Shown one piece after another: positions 11,678 to 20,130 of a stretch of 64,000 nucleotides of DNA. Both the position numbers and the translations under genes were made by a program. Position 1 is the stretch's first letter. Each line of letters starts with the position of its first letter. Source of the stretch: an uncultured Clostridia bacterium (lineage in GTDB: Bacteria; Bacillota; Clostridia; Peptostreptococcales; Anaerovoracaceae); assembly GCA_938046095.1 (NCBI GenBank), contig CALIXS010000026.1:21030-85029 (forward strand). The letters are read 5' to 3'. The notes beneath the pieces are model-generated. The model saw only the letters and a program-made list of their open reading frames with translations. It searched no databases and was not told where the DNA came from.

Positions 11678-11964
11678 TCTTTGGAATATTTTTGATTTCG
11701 TTAGAGATATTAGGCAGTGTCATTACTGAAAATGTGATAGGAACATTAATATTCGTTGCAAGTGGTGTGATAATACAATTCATTCTTTCTCTAAAAGTTG
11801 AAATTGTAAAATATATGCCGATCGCTTTACTTGGAAAACCAGTAAATATAATTAAGGGAATCGGTTTTAATGATTATTTCATACCTATTATTACAACCTT
11901 GGGGTTAATAATTATTTTTATTATTAGTTCTATTCTTGTATTAAATAGAAGGGAAATATCATAA
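11650..11964 (+). CDS. Small hydrophobic membrane protein (hypothetical; ~3 TM)
   Basis: AT-rich ORF beginning where the IS30 fragment breaks off. Strongly hydrophobic (LIFGIFLISLEILGSVI..., IPIITTLGLIIIFIISSILVL). Start uncertain; possibly a remnant. Confidence 0.3.
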   Translation: MLPTLRLPLIFGIFLISLEILGSVITENVIGTLIFVASGVIIQFILSLKVEIVKYMPIALLGKPVNIIKGIGFNDYFIPIITTLGLIIIFIISSILVLNRREIS

Positions 11965-11979
11965 AAAGGAGTGTCTTAT

Positions 11980-12252
11980 ATGTTGAAAATTGCAGCTTTT
12001 TTTAACATCACAATAGCATATTATTGTTTCCCTGTCTATGCTTTAACAGAAAGTTTAGAAAACTTAGCAGCAACAATGTCAATGCGGTGCTTCACTATAG
12101 TGGATATGTTCTATCACGAATATGGCAATCCCAAGTACAGAGCACACGTCTTTTTCTGCAAAATGCTCAGAACAGACAAGGTATGGAGTGGAGCAGGGAG
12201 CGATATTATTACCCCAAAAGGCATACGTGTATGTTATGGCGAAAAAATCTGA
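11980..12252 (+). pseudogene. Chimeric ORF carrying a low-GC partial copy of the hbd 3' end
   Basis: AAAGGAG RBS 8 nt upstream of ATG 11980. The C-terminal half (VDMFYHEYGNPKYRAHVFFCKML) is about 75% nt-identical over ~85 nt to hbd 9330-9415 ([23 protein letters not shown]). The N-terminal half is unrelated. Confidence 0.5.
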
Positions 12253-12285
12253 TGATCGCAATACAGGCCATACGTAAGACTGTGC

Positions 12286-13095
12286 TTATTCGGAAAAGCA
12301 ATCATAAGGCGCCGTATCATCAAAGACAAATCCCTTTTGTTTCAAATTCGGGATTATGTCGATGTGGCGGAACGCGTGCCTCGCGTCGTCTGTAAATCCG
12401 TTGTGCGAGGTAAAGACGTACTTCAGGCTTGACAGATAAAGCCGCTTCTTAAGGCGCTCCAGCGATTTGATGTTCATTTTGCTGTCACAATTGAACAGGT
12501 CGAAAAAGCACCAGCCGCCCTCCTGATTAAGGGCGATCGAATCACCGGTAAAAAGCAGCGAGTCGTCTATGAGGTAGCACAGATGTCCCAACGTATGGCC
12601 GGGCACCAGATATGCCTGAACCTTGACATCGCCGATATACATGACGTCTCCGTCCTTAAGCAGATGATAACCGTCCTTTATCGTCACGGAATTTTTTAGG
12701 GCAAGAGGACCGATTCTCTTGCGGTGATAAGTGTTTTTAAGGTAGTTTTCCTCGATTTCGCCGAGATAGACCTCGGCGTTGTCGAAGCGGTTATTTTGTC
12801 CGATGTCGAGCCCTCCCGCATGGTCGGGGTCCGCATGGGTGAGAAACAGCGCCTTGACCTCACCGGGATCGACTCCTATCCGCTCGCATTCGGGCAGCAA
12901 ATCCGGATAACTCTTGTATCCCGAGTCGATGGCAATCAGCGTATCGCCCCTGCGTATAAAAAAGATATTGACATCGTATTCGCGGACACAACTGACCGTA
13001 TCAGCGAGAATTCCCGTATCCGCCGGGTGAAGCGCGCCCTTGCCTCTGTACAGCCTCGGAACTATGTGAAGTGCAAAATAATCGATAATACTCAT
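12286..13095 (-). CDS. MBL-fold metallo-hydrolase
   Basis: 269 aa with LTHADPDHAGG (HxHxDH) and downstream His/Asp ligands. Confidence 0.85.
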   Translation of the reverse strand: MSIIDYFALHIVPRLYRGKGALHPADTGILADTVSCVREYDVNIFFIRRGDTLIAIDSGYKSYPDLLPECERIGVDPGEVKALFLTHADPDHAGGLDIGQNNRFDNAEVYLGEIEENYLKNTYHRKRIGPLALKNSVTIKDGYHLLKDGDVMYIGDVKVQAYLVPGHTLGHLCYLIDDSLLFTGDSIALNQEGGWCFFDLFNCDSKMNIKSLERLKKRLYLSSLKYVFTSHNGFTDDARHAFRHIDIIPNLKQKGFVFDDTAPYDCFSE

Positions 13096-13171
13096 GCAGA
13101 ATCAACTCCCTTTTGATCAAATATTGACGTACCGCTGATGTACGGCTGAAGTGCCGCGCACGAGGCCGCAA

Positions 13172-15472
13172 TTATTCCACGGTTTTCAGCGACTCCACCA
13201 TATCAACTCTCCTGACCCTTGAGAAAACGATAAGGTCGATCAGCAAGGTAAAACAGACGACGCTGGTGATGACAAGCAGAAAATGCCCTCCGGTTATCGC
13301 AGGCGTCCACTCCATATTGTCCATGGAGACAATGCTGACGTAAAGCTTTAGAAAATATATACTCAACGGAATTCCAATAAAGAGACCGATGAGGAGATGC
13401 AGGATACTTTCCTTAATTATCAGGGCATTTATTTCACCGTTGTAGAAGCCTATAACCTTCATGGTCGCGTATTCGCGGTAACGCTCCAGACAGGATAATA
13501 TGCCGAGGTTGTAAAGGATAACGGCGCTGAGTATGAAAGCGGCGAGAATAAGTATATACATAATAGAATGCACGCTGTCCATCATCTCTCTCATGTTGTT
13601 CCTCTGATCGCCGATCGACATAATGTTGCTTATGCTTTTATTGTCCGCGGCGTGATGATACGTCCGGGCATCACCTATATATATCGTGTTCGGGTCAAAA
13701 CTCTCAAGCCTGTCCTTGCTGACAAAGAGCCCCTGCGGCATTTTCGCGTCCGCGACGGCGGAGACGACTATGCTGTGTGCGGCCGATGTATCCGAGGTCT
13801 TATACTCGATACGGTCTCCGACGGCGACGGAAAGTTTGTCGGCCATCTGCGCGGTGACAACGGCTGTCTCCCTTTCCAAATCGATCGCTTCACCCGTCTC
13901 GGCGTCAAACAGACGGATCAGATCTCCCGGTTCAAGTGCGAATAAAGCCCCCTCCTCAGTTTCCTCCCGATAAGTAAAATCGGCGGATCGCGTCTGTGCA
14001 AGCTGTGCATTATACTCCTCGAACGTTTTTCGGAGCTCCTCGTACGATGCACGAGACACCTGCCCGACGTACCTGTAACGGAATTCCTCTTTGTAGACCT
14101 TGTCATAAGAATCATACAGTGAGTCCCAGACACCGAGCCCCGCTACCATCAGTACGATGCTGCCGACAATGGCGGTAATGCTCATAGCCGTACGTACCGG
14201 GTGCATCTTCATACTGCGTATCGTCCATATAACATCAAAGGAATATCTTGTCCTCTTCTGTTTTTTCGTCATATCGGATTTTCTTTCCATCACACCGCGT
14301 ATTGTGAGCGACGGATTATTTTTGACTACCCTGCGCGTAGTGATCACAGCAGCCATGGTGCAGACCAGAATGATAAGCAAAATCAGCAAAATACTATCCC
14401 CTCCTACAACCTTGTCCCATGTCGGCAGGGTCAGAGTGGACCTTTTGATTTTCATAACGAGATCGGCGACCACGGAATATCCGGCAAGCAGTCCGAGCGC
14501 GCTCCCGAGAACGGCTACGGAAAATCCGTACAGGCCGTAATGCAGATAAATCTGACGATCGTAGAAGCCCAGGGCCTTAAAAGTCCCGATCTGGACGATC
14601 TGCTTGCTGATAAGCCGGCTCATGGTCGTATAAATCGACAGGACGGATAAAAGAATAAAAACAAATGAAAACAGCATAGCCATCTTTCGTATCTGAACTA
14701 TCTCATCTTCCACCTGTCTTACGGATATCTTGTCTTCACTCCTCACGAGAGACAAAAACGAATCGCCCATAATACCTTTAATATCCTTTTGCAGCGTTTC
14801 GTCGGATATGTCTTTATCGGACAGAGCTATTCGTATCTGATTATAGGAAATGCCTCCCAGGATTTTCTCCGCAAATTTTTCACTCATATAGGCATATCCG
14901 TGAGCTGTATGATCCGGAACGGTTTCCGAGTATGAGGTTACGAAGTAGATATTTTCGGCGTCGAGCACTGTCCCTGATATTTCCGCGTCGTATTCGGAGC
15001 CGTTGAATTCTATCGAAATTACATCGCCAATCTTCAGTCCGTGCGCCTTCGCGTAATCCTCGTCTATCCAGAGCCCCTCGCCCTGTTCGTCTAATTTTTT
15101 ACCGCTTCGGATAAGAGGATCAAGTACCCCTGTTGTGCTTTTCTTAAATGAATAAACGTAAATATCCGATTGCATGCGGCCGACGGACGCGTTGTATTTT
15201 ACGAGCAAAGAGCCTTCGGCTTCACGAACGTACGGCAGCTCGTTGATCCTATCTGTGACGCCGCTATCCGCGTGAGTCGCCGTGACGCAGACATCTGCCA
15301 ATTTCGTAGTGTTCTTATAATCACCGTAAGAGCGTGCCATACCCGTCCACACGGCACTCATACCGCAATAAATCGCGATCGACAGCATACACATTATGAT
15401 CACGGAGATAAACTGAGGTAAAAGCCTGAACGAATCCTTACGGAATTTTTTGTTTAAGTATTTCATCACCAC
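13172..15472 (-). CDS. ABC transporter permease, FtsX-like (MacB-type, two FtsX modules)
   Basis: 766 aa. Two 4-TM FtsX-like blocks are separated by large extracytoplasmic domains. Overlaps the ATPase gene upstream. Confidence 0.88.
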   Translation of the reverse strand: MVMKYLNKKFRKDSFRLLPQFISVIIMCMLSIAIYCGMSAVWTGMARSYGDYKNTTKLADVCVTATHADSGVTDRINELPYVREAEGSLLVKYNASVGRMQSDIYVYSFKKSTTGVLDPLIRSGKKLDEQGEGLWIDEDYAKAHGLKIGDVISIEFNGSEYDAEISGTVLDAENIYFVTSYSETVPDHTAHGYAYMSEKFAEKILGGISYNQIRIALSDKDISDETLQKDIKGIMGDSFLSLVRSEDKISVRQVEDEIVQIRKMAMLFSFVFILLSVLSIYTTMSRLISKQIVQIGTFKALGFYDRQIYLHYGLYGFSVAVLGSALGLLAGYSVVADLVMKIKRSTLTLPTWDKVVGGDSILLILLIILVCTMAAVITTRRVVKNNPSLTIRGVMERKSDMTKKQKRTRYSFDVIWTIRSMKMHPVRTAMSITAIVGSIVLMVAGLGVWDSLYDSYDKVYKEEFRYRYVGQVSRASYEELRKTFEEYNAQLAQTRSADFTYREETEEGALFALEPGDLIRLFDAETGEAIDLERETAVVTAQMADKLSVAVGDRIEYKTSDTSAAHSIVVSAVADAKMPQGLFVSKDRLESFDPNTIYIGDARTYHHAADNKSISNIMSIGDQRNNMREMMDSVHSIMYILILAAFILSAVILYNLGILSCLERYREYATMKVIGFYNGEINALIIKESILHLLIGLFIGIPLSIYFLKLYVSIVSMDNMEWTPAITGGHFLLVITSVVCFTLLIDLIVFSRVRRVDMVESLKTVE

Positions 15473-16176
15473 ACGACCTTTGCCATCGGAACGGGCTTAC
15501 TCTGATTTGTGATTTCGTTGATTTTTCCGTCCTTAAGCCGTATCAGCCTGTCGGCGGCCGGCGCTACGGCGGCATTGTGCGTCACGAGGACGACCGCGTT
15601 GCCGTATTTTTTTGCCATAGCCTGAAGCATGATCAGCACCTTTTTGCCCGTTTCACTGTCGAGCGCCGCCGTCGGTTCGTCGCAGAGAAGCAATTTGGGA
15701 TTTTTGCATATAGCTCTTGCAATGGATACCCTCTGCAGTTCGCCTCCCGAAAGCTGTGACGGAAGATTGTCCGCACGCGCCTGCAGGCCGACAGCTTCTA
15801 AAGCGTCCTCCGCGCCGATCGATTCCTTCGAGAGCTTTGAGACCATATCGACATTTTCGTAAGCGGTAAGGGTAGGGATAAGATTGTAGAATTGAAATAC
15901 AAAGCCGATATCATGCCTTCTGTATCGGGTTCTTTCCTTTGCGCTCAGGCTCGATACAGTTTTTTCCCCTACGAAAATCTCTCCGCTCGTCACATAATCC
16001 ATTCCGCCCAAAAGATTAAGAAATGTCGATTTTCCCGACCCGGAGGGGCCGAGTATCACCGTGAACTGACTCTGTTCGATATCGAGGTTAACGCTGTCAA
16101 GCGCCTTTATTACATGATTTCCCGTACGGTACTCACGTGTCACATTTCTAAAACGAATAAAGCTCATATCTGTCAC
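15466..16176 (-). CDS. ABC transporter ATP-binding protein (MacB/LolD-like)
   Basis: Walker A GPSGSGKST, signature LSGGELQRVSIARA, Walker B LLLCDEPT, H-loop VTHN. Confidence 0.9.
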   Translation of the reverse strand: MTDMSFIRFRNVTREYRTGNHVIKALDSVNLDIEQSQFTVILGPSGSGKSTFLNLLGGMDYVTSGEIFVGEKTVSSLSAKERTRYRRHDIGFVFQFYNLIPTLTAYENVDMVSKLSKESIGAEDALEAVGLQARADNLPSQLSGGELQRVSIARAICKNPKLLLCDEPTAALDSETGKKVLIMLQAMAKKYGNAVVLVTHNAAVAPAADRLIRLKDGKINEITNQSKPVPMAKVVW

Positions 16177-16293
16177 CTTCTCTGTATGACTTTTAGCGAA
16201 TGCTTTTATACAGTTATTCGACTAACCGATAAATGTGAGTTGATACTCATATTTACTGTGTATTGTTGCACACGACTAACCATCTGTCAATAG

Positions 16294-16315
16294 AATATGA
16301 GCATTTTCTCATATT
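16294..16315. promoter_or_regulatory. 8-6-8 inverted repeat AATATGAG-cattt t-CTCATATT, candidate TetR operator
   Basis: Perfect 8-bp arms in the divergent region between the ABC ATPase and the TetR gene. A direct repeat CGACTAACC (16217/16273) and a second palindrome TGAGTtgatACTCA lie nearby. Confidence 0.4.
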
Positions 16316-16368
16316 TTTTTGACGGAGGGCTTTTAATATGACATAATCGGAGCGAGATTTGACAGTCT

Positions 16369-17058
16369 ATGGTAAAATCAAAGATATCGATGTTTGATGT
16401 AAGCGCAGAGGAACAGAGGTTTGGTAAAATGCATTCCGCAAAGACCCGCATACCGAAACAAAAAAGAAGTATTGTGAGAAAAAAACTGATAAAAGAAACA
16501 GCCCTGATGCTGTTTTCAGAAAAGGGATATTTGAACGTAAGCACTAATGAGATCGCAAAAGCCGCAAATGTTTCGATCGGCTCATTGTACAGCTATTTTC
16601 CCAACAAAAAGGAGATATATGACGAGCTTGTCAATGATCTGTATTCGTTCACTTTGGGGAAAATAATTCCTGAAGATATTTCCCTTCTGTCTCCGTTTGA
16701 GCTTATAAAAAAATATATTTATTCCATTATGGAAAGCCATAGATATTTGACCGCATTCCAGAAGGAGATTACGTCTTTATCGTATCAAAACGATGATTTT
16801 CGACGACTTGAAAATCCATACCGCACATTTGCGGTAAGCAAAATATTGTCCCTGCTCGAGTTTTATAAGTGCGAGCTCAGGATAAACGATATTTCCGCGG
16901 CTGCTTTTATGATCCATACATGTATTGAGGGTATCGTTCACGAACTTTCGTTTTTTCCGGATAAGTCACGTGACGACGAAAAGATTATAAACGAGTTCGC
17001 CGAAATGCTGTATAACTATTTATTCAAAGAACCCGCCCCTCGATACGACGCCCGCTGA
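16369..17058 (+). CDS. TetR/AcrR-family transcriptional regulator
   Basis: N-terminal TetR HTH (TALMLFSEKGYLNVSTNEIAKAANVSIGSLYSYFPNKKEIY). The true start may be the Met at 16429. Confidence 0.8.
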   Translation: MVKSKISMFDVSAEEQRFGKMHSAKTRIPKQKRSIVRKKLIKETALMLFSEKGYLNVSTNEIAKAANVSIGSLYSYFPNKKEIYDELVNDLYSFTLGKIIPEDISLLSPFELIKKYIYSIMESHRYLTAFQKEITSLSYQNDDFRRLENPYRTFAVSKILSLLEFYKCELRINDISAAAFMIHTCIEGIVHELSFFPDKSRDDEKIINEFAEMLYNYLFKEPAPRYDAR

Positions 17059-17107
17059 TTGGCGCTTTTACGGTCGATACCAGGCTTTTTTCGCCGGCTC
17101 CGCGGCC

Positions 17108-18748
17108 TTACTTCACTTCGTTTTCGGCCGCGACAAGGAACGAAGCGCCGTATTTTTCACGGAGCCGCGGTTTTTCTATTTTGCCGGTGGCATTGCGCGG
17201 AACGTCGGCAAGTATGATAGTCACGGGGCGCTTGTAGCGCGGCAGTTTCTGGCAGAATTCGAACACATCGCGTTCCGTCAGATTATATCCTTCTTTTACT
17301 TCTATGATAGCCGCCGATATTTCGCCGAGGCGCTTGTCGGGAAGCCCTATAACTGCCGCATCTTTGATCTCCTCCATCTCATGGAGGAAATCCTCGATTT
17401 GTACGGGATAGATGTTTTCTCCGCCCGAGATTATAACATCTTTTTTCCTGTCGACGAGGTAATAGAAGCCGTCCTCGTCCTGCTTAGCCATGTCACCTGT
17501 ATAAAGCCAGCCGTCCTCGGAAAGAACCTCATCGGTTGCCGCTTTATCCTTGTAATAGCATACCATAACGGACGGGCCGCGTACCGCCAATTCGCCGACC
17601 TCGCCGGGTCCGACCTCTGCGCGGTCTTCATTTACGATCTTCGCTTCCCAGCCATAACCCGGGACACCTATCGAACCCACCTTGTTTATATTCCCCAGAC
17701 CGAGATGCACGCATCCGGGGCCGAGGGATTCGGACAGGCCGTAGTTCGTATCGTATTTGTGGCCGGGAAAATATTCGAGCCAATGCCTTATCATCGAAGG
17801 AGGGACGGGCTGGGCGCCTATGTGCATGAGTCTCCATTGGTCGAGAGTGTAATCGTCCTTATTTATCGAGCCCCTGTCGAGCGCATCGAGAATATCCTGC
17901 GCCCACGGAACGAGAAGCCATACTATTGTGCATCGCTCATCCGAAACGGCTTTGATTATAGTATCGGGTTTTGTTCCTTTGAGCAAAACGGCGCGTCCGC
18001 CGGTGTAAAGGCTTGCGAACCAGTGCATTTTTGCGCCGGTGTGGTACAGCGGGGGAATGCATAGAAAAACGTCGTCCTTCCGCTGGCCGTGGTGGTTTTG
18101 TTCGACCTCGGCGGAGTGCATAAGTGCCCTATGCCTGTGGAGTATCGCTTTCGGAAAGCCTGTGGTTCCGGAAGAGAAATATATAGCCGCATAATCGTCG
18201 TCTGTAACGTTCGTTTGCGGTGCGCGGCTTGAGTAATTACTCGTTTCCGATGTGAAGTTCGCAGCAAATTTCGGGCATGTATCGCCGATGTAGAACAAAA
18301 GCCTTTTGTACGAGAGTGTCGGAAGTATCTCGTTTACTCGTGATTCGAACTCGGGACCGAATATCAGAATATCGATGTCGGCGAGATCGACGCAATACTG
18401 TATCTCGTCGGCGGCATATCTGAAATTGAGGGGGACTGCGACGGCGCCGGCCTTCAGGATTCCGAAATACGTCGGCAGCCATTCGAGACAGTTCATGAGC
18501 AGAATACCTACCTTGTCACCCTTGCATATGCCGCGGGCAAGCAAAGCGTTAGCAGTACGGTTCGCTTTTTCGTCAAAAACCTTCCAGGTGATTTGACGCC
18601 TGTAGGGACCTTCGGCGGAGGGCTCCGTGAGATCGTATTCCTTCCACGCGGTCAGGCTCTTGGCCTCGGCTGCCGGATTAAGCTCGACGAGCGCAATGTC
18701 GTCCGGCCATTGGCGGGCGTTACGCTCCAGATATTGTGTGATAGGCAT
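17108..18748 (-). CDS. AMP-dependent acyl-CoA synthetase / long-chain fatty-acid--CoA ligase family
   Basis: 546 aa. AMP-binding motif FSSGTTGFPKAILHRH, YGLSE, the GWLYTGD hinge, and terminal ...GKIEK. Confidence 0.9.
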   Translation of the reverse strand: MPITQYLERNARQWPDDIALVELNPAAEAKSLTAWKEYDLTEPSAEGPYRRQITWKVFDEKANRTANALLARGICKGDKVGILLMNCLEWLPTYFGILKAGAVAVPLNFRYAADEIQYCVDLADIDILIFGPEFESRVNEILPTLSYKRLLFYIGDTCPKFAANFTSETSNYSSRAPQTNVTDDDYAAIYFSSGTTGFPKAILHRHRALMHSAEVEQNHHGQRKDDVFLCIPPLYHTGAKMHWFASLYTGGRAVLLKGTKPDTIIKAVSDERCTIVWLLVPWAQDILDALDRGSINKDDYTLDQWRLMHIGAQPVPPSMIRHWLEYFPGHKYDTNYGLSESLGPGCVHLGLGNINKVGSIGVPGYGWEAKIVNEDRAEVGPGEVGELAVRGPSVMVCYYKDKAATDEVLSEDGWLYTGDMAKQDEDGFYYLVDRKKDVIISGGENIYPVQIEDFLHEMEEIKDAAVIGLPDKRLGEISAAIIEVKEGYNLTERDVFEFCQKLPRYKRPVTIILADVPRNATGKIEKPRLREKYGASFLVAAENEVK

Positions 18749-19080
18749 TTTGTACTCCGATCATGAAAGTCGCATATTGAAAACCCGTCAGAAAGAATCC
18801 GTAGTAATTCTTTGCAGAGAAGACATCCCTGCAGAGCCGTCAGACGCAGAGAGCTCGTGCAGAGTTCCCGAGTATGAAGGGCCTGTAATGCGTTTGTAAT
18901 GTGCGGTAAAGCGTTGTAAATTACAGTATAACTTTAGCATAGTAGAGCGAAAATTGCAAACCGAAAGAAAGCCGATATCCTTCTCGGGTAAATCCTTTTC
19001 GGGTACCTTCCGCAGTTTCCCGCCCGAAACTCATATCAGAGGGACCGGGGAATTGTTCCCGAGCTGTGCAAAATTGCGGA

Positions 19081-19959
19081 TCAGCGGTATCTTCGTACAA
19101 GCGAGAAGCCGCGTCCGTTTACACCGCTCACATTTACCATTGTGATGAAGGCTTCGGGATCGATCCCGAGTACCGTCTGCTTTAGGGCATAGACGGATTT
19201 CTGATCGGTGACGCACATTATAACGTCGATCTCATTGCCGAGATGACCCGTCCTGCTGTGCGTCAGAGTGCTTCCGAGATCGAGCTCTGTTTGCAGCGCA
19301 AGGTTGATGCGTTCAAATTCCGGGCTGATCACGGTGACCTGAACCACCTGCGGACCGGCAAGTACGATTTTGTTCAGCGCTATCGTATAGAAAAGCGATA
19401 CTGCGATACCGTAGAGTACCTGCTCCGAATCCGCGAACGGAAGCTGTAAAGCCATGATCGTGACATCTGTCGCATAAAGGAGCGGTGCGACAGACCATCC
19501 TAATTTGCGCGAAAGTATGATCGCGAGAACATCGCCGCCGCCCGAAGACGCTCCGGCGCGGATTATAAGCCCGAGTCCCAGACCGATCGACAACCCCGCG
19601 AACAAAGCCGCAAGCATAGGCTGTGATGTAAGGTGCGTGAGCATATCAAAGCGTTCAAAAAGGTTCAGCATGATCGGGAACAGGAGTGAGCCTGCCACTA
19701 TTGACATTGCGAAGCGGTATCCGAGAGTCAGAAATCCCGCCGCTAGCAGAGCTATGCTTATAGCGCCCACCGCATACGAAACATCAATACCCGTCAGGTG
19801 ATTGATAACCCTGCCCAGCCCCGTCACACCGCCGACGACAAAGCCCTGCGGCAGAAGGAACACAGCCGTTCCGAACGCGTCAAACGTTATGCCTGTGAGA
19901 ATGAGAATGATGTTTATTATTTTTTTTCTCTTATCAGGTATCATTTTTACCTCCGACAA
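19081..19959 (-). CDS. YitT-family membrane protein (DUF161 + DUF2179)
   Basis: Multi-TM N-terminal region with the GGxTG motif (VVGGVTGLG). The C-terminal DUF2179-like soluble domain contains GVNGRGFS. Confidence 0.75.
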   Translation of the reverse strand: MSEVKMIPDKRKKIINIILILTGITFDAFGTAVFLLPQGFVVGGVTGLGRVINHLTGIDVSYAVGAISIALLAAGFLTLGYRFAMSIVAGSLLFPIMLNLFERFDMLTHLTSQPMLAALFAGLSIGLGLGLIIRAGASSGGGDVLAIILSRKLGWSVAPLLYATDVTIMALQLPFADSEQVLYGIAVSLFYTIALNKIVLAGPQVVQVTVISPEFERINLALQTELDLGSTLTHSRTGHLGNEIDVIMCVTDQKSVYALKQTVLGIDPEAFITMVNVSGVNGRGFSLVRRYR

Positions 19960-20130
19960 ATTGCCGCCGAACCGGGCATATCCCGTGTCGGCGGCAAATC
20001 GGCCTGATATATTATACTACACACCGGTACATCACACCAGCCCGTTCGTACGTCTCTGAACCCGAGTGGGTGCAACTCTTTGCACCGAGATGAACGATGA
20101 ACGTCTTTGCACCGGGATGAACATGCTTTT

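Noticed and set aside
9460-12280. Interpretation of the AT-rich island as an intact bacteriocin/RiPP biosynthetic locus
   Set aside because: No precursor-peptide ORF with a leader or double-Gly motif, no C39 peptidase domain on the exporter, and no modification enzymes. Only remnants are present.
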